NCBI GenBank assembly: GCA_000002435.2
Contig: CM018792.1
Length of the DNA stretch: 64,000 nucleotides
Direction: 5' to 3' (one strand)
Origin: Giardia intestinalis
Taxonomy: Eukaryota
Made by a program: the position numbers and the translations under genes. Positions 57,201 through 64,000 of the stretch are shown here, piece by piece. Position 1 is the first letter of the stretch. Every line of letters starts with the position of its first letter. The notes beneath the pieces were generated by a model. The model was not told the origin of the DNA. It ran no database searches and was given only the letters and a program-made list of their open reading frames with translations.

Positions 57201-57326
57201 GGCTCATCGACGAGCGTCTACGTTCTTCCGCTCATGATACCTATTAGTGCTCGCATAGTCCCCGTCTCAAAAGAATTCTACGAGGGAGTCGACCTCCTGC
57301 TCACAGACCCCTCCCTTGCGGAGTAA
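54237..57326 (+). CDS. RNB-domain 3'-5' exoribonuclease (DIS3/RRP44 or DIS3L2-like, RNase II family)
   Basis: RNB motif I VVITIDPDTARDFDDAIHI. HFTSPIRRYPDDIAHRLL matches the conserved RNB motif HFTSPIRRYADLLVHR. 1029 aa. Confidence 0.85.
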   Translation: MSFLEKTYKQGISRSREYTSGLSHATPPDSSNTSDSELRDYSESSGFTKYWSLEDVNGALKEHPALFIKGKLIIPKKYGHGTVYSTYHNANIHLSSKVALNRSIHDDEVLVFILENQMSTSKTICDWKLDNTPTDQELVMVTQRYEGVVVYNYTAVKNRYLCLQCKLLPNSGNKTTKLLHPLDQRYPAISVSLKDSYQSHDMVFTVEATQWRFSDSHPQGHILPNNRNGSINILSPCLCTTPLDKLCNHVLSSQQLPYTFPDHHSSDPYKPVYDSALAQLSQLCNLPQEGVTSTQSLSSDYFASLIGKFRTEHFRKDLESLGRRSFCEEVVITIDPDTARDFDDAIHISPLVSTGVGPAIRVPISEYWSNYVSPGTKNYTVVGYEVGIHIADATYYLDQSPWLDEMAQKTMSSIYLSDRVCPMLPPLFSNIICSLNPAVPRMAFSIVVQLDVDGRLLPQEVWFGKSIIFSYARLDYSAAQRIINKDFTPDEISKTTTSIFGLWPCIEGFAPVVALSVDLSNKLSLALRKLRKSYGALLISMPEERYAIDPDTLIVSRKQTVEEDEAHHLIEEFMLLGNCLVAQKLILCFPTLPILRIHPTCKKSKILTQILRHRKLPQIDTKSLMQTNKWLDTLGKKIQEDGEEHGVQLANYFFLANCLQKAIYQVGSTHPFKLLTHWGIHAHLYMHFTSPIRRYPDDIAHRLLHLGLALERQVYADDPQYHCSQAATFRPYKFVITEPLDIYKDLLFQPPKSLLRLAKTAYHPNTNAMNVQSGPDTISMEALEEQLLSEGLRVGTSLKSFSFKAVLKDIERRYNSDKSSIIRSVEDVESDVEQQVEQSAKKSPVQAIFDQIEADIATIGYSFSSINTMVEKINAIELKIGMIETMNHRAMLCLLIQQTPEFKSKGGIDVKAYVVSSQLNRLITLYVPAYGCPFSMTYPHELLDNLSIRLRGFDKAVSVEMQKGPPQAAEKGLVDRVPCQDYDLGANEGSSTSVYVLPLMIPISARIVPVSKEFYEGVDLLLTDPSLAE

Positions 57327-57368
57327 ACATCGACAACCTGAAGCAAAACAGGACATTCACACTGGTAT

Positions 57369-60023
57369 TCACTGGTTAGTGCGAGCCTTGATAGCTGCGA
57401 TGGCAGCGGCCACACGAGCCACGGGAACTCTGTACGGGGAGCAGGAGACATAGTTCAGGCCAATCTTGTGCAGGAACAGGATGGACGCGGGATCCGTCTG
57501 CTCGCCGCAAATGCCTATCTTCATGTCAGTGCGCGTACTGCGGCCGCCCTCGATAGCCATCTTCATCAGAGCACCCACACCCTGCTGGTCGAGGGTGACA
57601 AACGGATCAACCTTGAAGATCCCCCTGTCGATATACTTGGGGATGAACTTTCCAGCATCGTCACGGGAGATACCGAATGTCGTCTGTGTAAGATCGTTGG
57701 TTCCAAACGAGAAGTACTGAGCTGTCTGAGCAATCTTGTCAGCCATGACACAGGCGCGCGGCAACTCTATCATGGTCCCCACCTCATAGTCAACAGTCGT
57801 GCCGTGCTCCTTGAAAACGCTAGCTGCCACCCTATTAACAAGAGCATGCATGATCTCCATCTCGTTTTCAGAGAAAAGAACAGGGATCATGATCTCTGGT
57901 TTAACAGTGACGCCCTCACGCGAGACTATGCACGCGGCCTCAAGAATGGCGCGGACCTGCATCTCTGAGATCTCTGGGTACACAATGCCAAGCCGGACGC
58001 CGCGGAACCCAAGCATGGGGTTCACCTCATGAAGATCCTCCACCCTCTCGTGGATGTGGCGGTGCTTCTTGTTCATGTCCTCAGCCAGCTTCTTCTGGAG
58101 GTCTCTGGTGTGTGGCAGAAACTCGTGGAGAGGAGGATCCAGCAAACGGATATTAACGCCCTTGCCGTCCATGGCCTTGAAAATGCCTATGAAATCTTCG
58201 CGCTGGAATGGCAAGAGCTTGTTCAGGGCTGTTCTTCGCGCGCCCTCGTCATCAGACAAGATCATCTCGCGCATTGCCATGATGCGGTCGGCCGCGAAGA
58301 ACATGTGCTCTGTCCTGCAAAGCCCGATGCCCTCTGCGCCAAACTTACGGGCCACAGCAGCGTCGTGGGGCGTGTCCGCGTTGGTGCGGATTTTCAGAAC
58401 ACGATACTTGTCAGACCAGTCCATGATCGTCTGGAGGTCGTCAGTAATGCCTGGTTCAATGGTCTGAACGGCGCCATTGTAAATCTCACCAGTCGTTCCA
58501 TTGATGGAGATGAAGTCGCCCTCCTTGAATTTCCTGTCCCCAATCACCAACGTCTTGGTGGCATAGTTGATCTGGCAGCAATCAGCCCCCGCAACGCAGC
58601 ACTTGCCCATGCCACGCGCCACAACGGCGGCATGAGATGTCTGGCCACCGCGCGCAGTGAGAATGCCGACTGCGCGGTCCATTCCAAGGATGTCCTCTGG
58701 GGATGTCTCAATACGGGTGAGGATAACCTTTTTACCTTGCTCGGCGAGCTCACACGTGCGCATTGGACAGAAGCAAATTACACCGACAGCAGCGCCAGGA
58801 GAAGCAGGGATGCCCTTTCCGAGGACGACTGGTTTGACGCTCGGATCAAAGCGCTTGAAGAGGAACTCGTTGATCTTGTTGGCATCGATCCTGAGCAGCG
58901 CCTCTTCTTCCGTGAGCATCCCCTCCTTGCACATGTCGATGGCGATGCGGACCATCGCGAATCCCGTACGCTTTCCGGCGCGAGCCTGAAGCATCCAGAG
59001 CTTTCCGTTCTCGACAGTGAACTCAAGGTCAACCATGTCGTTGTAATAGCCCTCCAACTTGGCGTAGATCAAGGAAAGCTCATCATAGCACGCCTTCCAG
59101 GACGCGTTGATGGTCGGCATCTCCTTGAGGTTGACGGGGGTGCGGATTCCTGCAACAACGTCCTCTCCCTGTGCATTCTGTAGAAATTCGCCGTAGAGAT
59201 AGCTGAACTTCTCTCCGGTCTTGGGACAGCGTGTGAAGCCAACACCGGTGCCAGAGTCATCGCCTGTGTTTCCAAAGACCATCGACTGAACGTTGACGGC
59301 GGTGCCCATGTTGTGGTCGAGCTTGTTGAGAGTTCTGTACGCCTGCGCGCGAGGGTTTGTCCAGCTCCTGAAAACAGCGTTGATGGCTAGCTCCAGCTGC
59401 TCATGCGGACACTGTGGGAATGTCTTTCCTGTGGCTGCGACACAGATCTTCCTGTAAGCCTCGCACACCTCCTCAAGTTCATCGGCTGTGAGCTCAGGAT
59501 CCGTCTTGCGGCCATACCTGGTCTTGACTGCGTCAAGAGCGTGCTCAAACTTGTCGTGGTCAATCCCCAGGCAGACATCGCCGAACATCTGCATGAAGCG
59601 GCGGTAGGAGTCGTACGCAAAGCGGGCGTTACCTGTCACTGCAGCAAGACCCTTCACAGACTCATCGTTGAGACCAAGGTTGAGGATCGTGTCCATCATG
59701 CCAGGCATGGAGACCGCGGCTCCAGAGCGAACCGAGACGAGAAGAGGGTTTGTGTTGTCCCCGAAAGTCTTCCCCATCTTTTCCTCAAGGAGCTTGAGGT
59801 TACTGGCCACCTCCTCCTTCAAACCCTCGGGCCAGGAGGCTGTCTTCTGGTACTCTACGCAGGTCTGGCACGTGATGGTGAACCCAAGAGGAACCGGCAT
59901 GCCGAGCTTAATCATGGCTGCAAGAGAAATCCCCTTGCCTCCAAGGACCTTCCTGCAGAGCTCCGAATTCGCCGGCTGGTTCTCTGGCGTCTCGCCGAAG
60001 AAGTACACCCTCCTAGTGGACAT
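57369..60023 (-). CDS. PPDK: Pyruvate, phosphate dikinase
   Basis: MSTRRVYFFGE…GGKGISLAAM N-terminal ATP-grasp. Phosphohistidine-domain motif TARGGQTSHAAVVARGMGKCCVAGA. C-terminal PEP-utilising TIM-barrel (GLCRTEHMF, SFGTNDLTQ). 884 aa. Confidence 0.95.
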   Translation of the reverse strand: MSTRRVYFFGETPENQPANSELCRKVLGGKGISLAAMIKLGMPVPLGFTITCQTCVEYQKTASWPEGLKEEVASNLKLLEEKMGKTFGDNTNPLLVSVRSGAAVSMPGMMDTILNLGLNDESVKGLAAVTGNARFAYDSYRRFMQMFGDVCLGIDHDKFEHALDAVKTRYGRKTDPELTADELEEVCEAYRKICVAATGKTFPQCPHEQLELAINAVFRSWTNPRAQAYRTLNKLDHNMGTAVNVQSMVFGNTGDDSGTGVGFTRCPKTGEKFSYLYGEFLQNAQGEDVVAGIRTPVNLKEMPTINASWKACYDELSLIYAKLEGYYNDMVDLEFTVENGKLWMLQARAGKRTGFAMVRIAIDMCKEGMLTEEEALLRIDANKINEFLFKRFDPSVKPVVLGKGIPASPGAAVGVICFCPMRTCELAEQGKKVILTRIETSPEDILGMDRAVGILTARGGQTSHAAVVARGMGKCCVAGADCCQINYATKTLVIGDRKFKEGDFISINGTTGEIYNGAVQTIEPGITDDLQTIMDWSDKYRVLKIRTNADTPHDAAVARKFGAEGIGLCRTEHMFFAADRIMAMREMILSDDEGARRTALNKLLPFQREDFIGIFKAMDGKGVNIRLLDPPLHEFLPHTRDLQKKLAEDMNKKHRHIHERVEDLHEVNPMLGFRGVRLGIVYPEISEMQVRAILEAACIVSREGVTVKPEIMIPVLFSENEMEIMHALVNRVAASVFKEHGTTVDYEVGTMIELPRACVMADKIAQTAQYFSFGTNDLTQTTFGISRDDAGKFIPKYIDRGIFKVDPFVTLDQQGVGALMKMAIEGGRSTRTDMKIGICGEQTDPASILFLHKIGLNYVSCSPYRVPVARVAAAIAAIKARTNQ

Positions 60024-60062
60024 CCAATTATTTATTAGAAATTCAAAAAAAATGGGGATATT

Positions 60063-61361
60063 TCATTTAAATTGTTTTACACATGCTACCAACGCGACAT
60101 TGAGAACGACTCCGTATGCGATATACCGACCTGCTGAAAATAGAATGGAGGAGTGTTCTGTTAGAAAGTACATATTGTAGAGGGCAGAGATCCCCGCAAA
60201 TAGAGGGTTCCTGATGAATGCTGCAAGGGTATCGTAGAGCGGCAGACGCCGGCACTCGAAGGGTTGCTTATCTAGGTCGTCCCGGTCATATGCTGTGTGG
60301 GCTACAACATTGAAGAAAGACACGAAGTACCCTCGGATGCCTCGTGAATTGTACGTTGCACACCGTGCTATTGCAGCGGCCGTCCGAATACTCATTCGCA
60401 TGCTTTCCATGAGCTCTCCTTTAACGACCTTGCTTAGCTTTTCATGTGAATATTGGCTAGCAGATGCTCCTTGCAAGTTTGTGCTTCCGATCTCCATAAG
60501 TATCTTATCCACGTCATCCCTCAACGTCCTTCTTTGGTTGTGATCCTCGGTGTCGCAACAGTGTTCACGAACAATGAACAACATTGCCTGGCCTGTCTTC
60601 TTTACGGCATACAGCAAGTCTGCAGCTTGCTTTTCTTTGGGGATAATTGGGAACTTGTCGCCGCTGGCTGGATTCTTCTCCGTGTCAAATGCGACATAGG
60701 AGCCATCGGAAGAAGTGACTACTACAATTTGTGCCTCATCGAGTCTTTGAAGCACCTCTTCACGCTTTGCAAACGGTGAAATGCCCCTTATAACGCTGCA
60801 CGTTCCCGAATGCTTTAGAGAAGCCACGTCTCCTGCTATACTCCACGGCTTGCCTGCACTTCCGTACAGCGGGGCATCCCCCAGCAAGAGCCCAGAGATA
60901 ATTGATATCCCATTGCGGTGCGCGATTGTGGCCAGAAAGCCCAGAGTGGGGATCGCGTCAAGGCCAAGGGTGTGTACCAATCCCCAGTCTCCTTCGAGCG
61001 CACGCATGCTATTCTTATACTTCCCTGTATTCTTATCCGCAAATTCCTTGACGAGGTCCTGGGTGGCTCCGATTACTGGGGTTCCCTTTGTAAACAGCGC
61101 TATGGCCGGAGTTACTCCCTCAGATAGAGCGAATGCGCGGAGCTCTGCTACTGCATTGTAATTGTCTGGAAAGCTTAGTCCTTGAAGTATTGGTAGAACA
61201 TCAAAGGCTATCACCGGATGGTGGTGAGCGATAGCTGTAGCAACTTCTCTAGAAAAGATAGAACCTCCATTGATAAAAGAGCGTGGAGTGAGAAACAAAT
61301 AGGCAAGTGAGGCGTAGAGGAGTGTGGCTGTGCGGAGGAGGCGCAGGATAGTGAATAGCAT
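60063..61361 (-). CDS. Hypothetical membrane protein (N-terminal signal-anchor and C-terminal hydrophobic segment, 432 aa)
   Basis: MLFTILRLLRTATLLYASLAYLFL N-terminal anchor. C-terminal YIAYGVVLNVALVACV. No confident family match by eye. Confidence 0.45.
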   Translation of the reverse strand: MLFTILRLLRTATLLYASLAYLFLTPRSFINGGSIFSREVATAIAHHHPVIAFDVLPILQGLSFPDNYNAVAELRAFALSEGVTPAIALFTKGTPVIGATQDLVKEFADKNTGKYKNSMRALEGDWGLVHTLGLDAIPTLGFLATIAHRNGISIISGLLLGDAPLYGSAGKPWSIAGDVASLKHSGTCSVIRGISPFAKREEVLQRLDEAQIVVVTSSDGSYVAFDTEKNPASGDKFPIIPKEKQAADLLYAVKKTGQAMLFIVREHCCDTEDHNQRRTLRDDVDKILMEIGSTNLQGASASQYSHEKLSKVVKGELMESMRMSIRTAAAIARCATYNSRGIRGYFVSFFNVVAHTAYDRDDLDKQPFECRRLPLYDTLAAFIRNPLFAGISALYNMYFLTEHSSILFSAGRYIAYGVVLNVALVACVKQFK

Positions 61362-61386
61362 GGCTTTGCGTTTCGATTAAAAAAGT

Positions 61387-62364
61387 ATGACAAGCATTAC
61401 TCAACTTTGCAATGATCTGTACGACGCTCTTAACGGCCACGCAATTAAGGATTCTGTAGTAATAAAGCTGTGTTGCTCTGTCCCCCAGCATACCCTTGTG
61501 CAGGTTGCTCTCCGCTACCAGGCCATGACTGGCTGTAGTCTTGAACAGATTTTAACTACTGATACGGAAAGTAATTATAGGCGGATTCTTGCTAGATTAT
61601 GTATGAGACGGCAGCTCTTGATGCTTAATATTATCCACGAGTATATAGTCACAATGAGCGACAAGCGCATAGAACCTGCTGTCGCGATCATGCATTTAGG
61701 TTTAGTGTTGTGTACACTCAGTAAGAAACAGCTCTATGAGCTCGTTGTGGCATATAAGCAGCAGTACTTCTCCGACATCACAGAGGATATTTATGAGATT
61801 CTACGGAAACTGTCGCCCAACATCCCTGATTCAAATGTGGTCTCCCGTATCTTCATATCTCTGCTCTCGTGCGCCCGGGACGACGACTCATTTGATGACT
61901 ATGGCGACGTGACCGAGAAAAGATCACAGCTGTTGAATGCCAACGCCTCTGCCTCTGTCGTAGGAGTGTTTGTAGAGCTTCTTTGTGGCCGCTCTGTCGC
62001 GTCCATAAAAGCTCTTGAAGGTCAGGGATTCAACGTAAAAGAGCTCCTCACACTCGTCCAGCAAAAAGGGCTTATTACTGGGCTCGCTGCTGACTTATTT
62101 CTGATTGTTTTCTATTCATGCATAGATGTACACAAGATGTGGGCGCATATGTGCAACATCGCCATTGAGAGTAAGAATTCTAAATTGTTAGCCGATACCA
62201 TTCTGATAGGTTACGATCAGTCGACACGGCTTCGAGAGGAGTACGCAGCGCTGAAAGGGACATATGATATTTCTGTGCTCCAAAATGTTATTAACGGTGA
62301 TAACCCAGATCACGAGCAAATTGTTTTCAATGCACTGATTGAGACTGGAGCCAACTTAAAGTGA
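61387..62364 (+). CDS. Hypothetical protein (325 aa)
   Basis: ORF 25 nt from the divergent gene start at 61361. The 3' end overlaps the convergent ORF 62356-62955 by 9 nt. Confidence 0.45.
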   Translation: MTSITQLCNDLYDALNGHAIKDSVVIKLCCSVPQHTLVQVALRYQAMTGCSLEQILTTDTESNYRRILARLCMRRQLLMLNIIHEYIVTMSDKRIEPAVAIMHLGLVLCTLSKKQLYELVVAYKQQYFSDITEDIYEILRKLSPNIPDSNVVSRIFISLLSCARDDDSFDDYGDVTEKRSQLLNANASASVVGVFVELLCGRSVASIKALEGQGFNVKELLTLVQQKGLITGLAADLFLIVFYSCIDVHKMWAHMCNIAIESKNSKLLADTILIGYDQSTRLREEYAALKGTYDISVLQNVINGDNPDHEQIVFNALIETGANLK

Positions 62365-62955
62365 ATGCTGTTGAAAGTACCTCTGTTCTATGTGGCCCAG
62401 AATTGTGTCGAGGCGTGATGACATTAGGCACGGGATTGCGTCAGCCATAGAGCAACAAGCCCGAGCATAGCTGGCAAGGCTTTCAAGCTTCCGCTGTATG
62501 GCGTGACGCTGTCTTAACAGGGCAGCATATCCATCCGCTGGATGCAGGAGTGTACTACGTACTTCCTCATCACAGATCTCCAGGAGAGCTGCGATCTCCG
62601 CCACAGCTGGAAGTGTGTCTACAGGGATGCTTAGGGAAAGACCTAATTGATTGCTCATATCCTGTCCTAACAGTGATATGAAGCTTGTGTGGCGAAGAAG
62701 ACTTGCAATGCTTAGCGGACTGGTGCATAGTTCTTGCAATCTCTTGTTTGACAGAAGAGATTCAACTATTTGTGCACGGATTGGGTCTGATGAATTATCC
62801 CGGAAGAGTTTTGGCCTACTGACTTTGGATGCTTCTTCTGGAGCCCCAGCGCTCACTTGCGCTAATAAAGAAGCCAACCATTCGATGTTTGACACGCCAG
62901 AGTCATCCTTCGAAACTAAAGCTACTTGCTTGACCTTAGTAGAATCAGCAAACAT
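62356..62955 (-). CDS. Hypothetical protein (199 aa)
   Basis: ORF only. Confidence 0.35.
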   Translation of the reverse strand: MFADSTKVKQVALVSKDDSGVSNIEWLASLLAQVSAGAPEEASKVSRPKLFRDNSSDPIRAQIVESLLSNKRLQELCTSPLSIASLLRHTSFISLLGQDMSNQLGLSLSIPVDTLPAVAEIAALLEICDEEVRSTLLHPADGYAALLRQRHAIQRKLESLASYARACCSMADAIPCLMSSRLDTILGHIEQRYFQQHSL

Positions 62956-63056
62956 TTTATTCTGCTACCTAAGGACCCAGAGTTCGTATTATCCATTCTG
63001 GGAAAGCTAGTAGGCCTGGCATGCATAGACTCATGCCACCAGTTAATTTCAATTAA

Positions 63057-64000
63057 ATGAGCAGCGAAACCATACCGTCCTTAGACATTAACAGGCTCGT
63101 CTGGGAGCTAGCTTCCGACAAGAAATCAATACGGCATACCGCCTTTGATACTGTATATGACGGTTTGGCGTTGCAGACCCGACGAGAGCCTTTGGACTAT
63201 CTTGCAATGATGCGGCTTTGGAAGGGACTGTACTATCTCTTATGGAAGGAAGATAAAGTTGACATGCAGTTCACACTCTGCAAAAGGATATCAGGGCTAA
63301 TTCATATGCTCCCTGAGCCTTCTCCGAAAGAGGAGAGAGCCTTTATGAAATTTGCAGGGGTGGATAATGAAGGGTCTTTGTATGATGAGGACGAGGACAC
63401 CGAGGATGATACCGCTGATTACGGCGGCCAGGCCGTTCTGTTTGCTCGTTGCGGTCTAGAAACTTTGTGTCGCGAATGGCCATCTGTTGATTATTTGCGC
63501 CAGTCGAAAGTAATGCGTCTTGTCCGTGACTTTGTCTATGCACTAATAGAGCGAATACTGAGCAACTATGATGAAAGTGCCATAGAGGCAAATATGCTCA
63601 TTCATACCGTCTCTCTGGTCTTGCTTAGTAACTCTCGTATCGTTCAACAAGCATCTCCCAAATCCCTTGTGATTCATTTCTCAGATGTATGGGCAGATGG
63701 GATTCGTCGAGGCCTCAAGCAGACCTACGAAAGCCAGCCGTTCACAGAGGAAAAGCTTTCGCACTTATTGAGTCCATGGATCGAGTATGTGGTAAATAGT
63801 ATCGATAAGGAGGTTTCTGAGTCTATAGGAACAAATATATTCAGCCGTATAACAGATACCAGCTATAACCCTCCAGAGAACTTCGCAGAGTACCTTAGAA
63901 ATGTGGAAGAGGACGAGGGTTCAGAGAGTGATCAGGATATATCTCTTATTGAATTAGTGCTCTCTCAAGCTAAAGAAGCAGAGCGTGTAGAACAGCAGAT
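63057..64000 (+). CDS. RRP1: RRP1/Nop52-like nucleolar pre-rRNA processing protein. 3'-partial: runs off the window end. Not in the supplied ORF track because no stop is reached.
   Basis: Manual translation from the ATG at 63057, preceded by an in-frame TAA, is open to nt 64000. LDYLAMMRLWKGLYYLLWKEDKVDMQFTLCKRISGLIHML versus human RRP1 [38 protein letters not shown]. Downstream EWPSVDYLRQSKVMRLVRDFV versus REWTGIDRLRLDKFYMLMRMVL. Confidence 0.75.
   Translation, partial: MSSETIPSLDINRLVWELASDKKSIRHTAFDTVYDGLALQTRREPLDYLAMMRLWKGLYYLLWKEDKVDMQFTLCKRISGLIHMLPEPSPKEERAFMKFAGVDNEGSLYDEDEDTEDDTADYGGQAVLFARCGLETLCREWPSVDYLRQSKVMRLVRDFVYALIERILSNYDESAIEANMLIHTVSLVLLSNSRIVQQASPKSLVIHFSDVWADGIRRGLKQTYESQPFTEEKLSHLLSPWIEYVVNSIDKEVSESIGTNIFSRITDTSYNPPENFAEYLRNVEEDEGSESDQDISLIELVLSQAKEAERVEQQ

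Overview
This is eukaryotic, gene-dense, intron-poor nuclear DNA from a Giardia-type diplomonad. The calls that fix the organism are variant-specific surface proteins (VSPs) ending in the invariant C-terminal motif ...[17 protein letters not shown], each followed by the VSP extended polyadenylation motif ACTTAGGTAGTGAAT; a G6PD::6PGL fusion; pyruvate phosphate dikinase; and an archaeal-type AlaRS.

The outer ~40 kb carry ordinary housekeeping genes on both strands with tiny intergenic spacers. These include the complete oxidative pentose-phosphate pathway (G6PD-6PGL fusion plus 6PGDH), TRM61, RPB5, alanyl-tRNA synthetase, an AlaX-like editing protein, IFT88, an EXO1/XPG-family nuclease, an RNB exoribonuclease, PPDK and an RRP1/Nop52-like protein, plus hypothetical proteins.

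The centre (about 21.3-41.5 kb) is the feature most worth a second look. One complete-looking VSP gene (signal peptide, VSP initiator CAATGTT) is followed by a head-to-tail array of ten VSP-like units of about 1.83 kb. Every one of these ten opens immediately after an in-frame stop codon with no ATG and no signal peptide. Each still keeps a long cysteine-rich CXXC open frame, the transmembrane helix, the CRGKA tail and the polyA motif. The units are mosaic: 5' and 3' segments are swapped between units with sharp breakpoints. One unit has a frameshift, three are near-identical, and a two-unit block recurs (units 5-6 and 9-10). Units are separated by a variable-copy ~10-bp GGTGATAR-N2 spacer repeat (5 versus 9 copies). 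This looks like a silent or donor cassette array undergoing segmental gene conversion, which has not been described for Giardia VSPs, or else an assembly artefact that needs to be ruled out.

The provided ORF track allows non-ATG starts: several 'M' starts in the VSP array are GTG codons.
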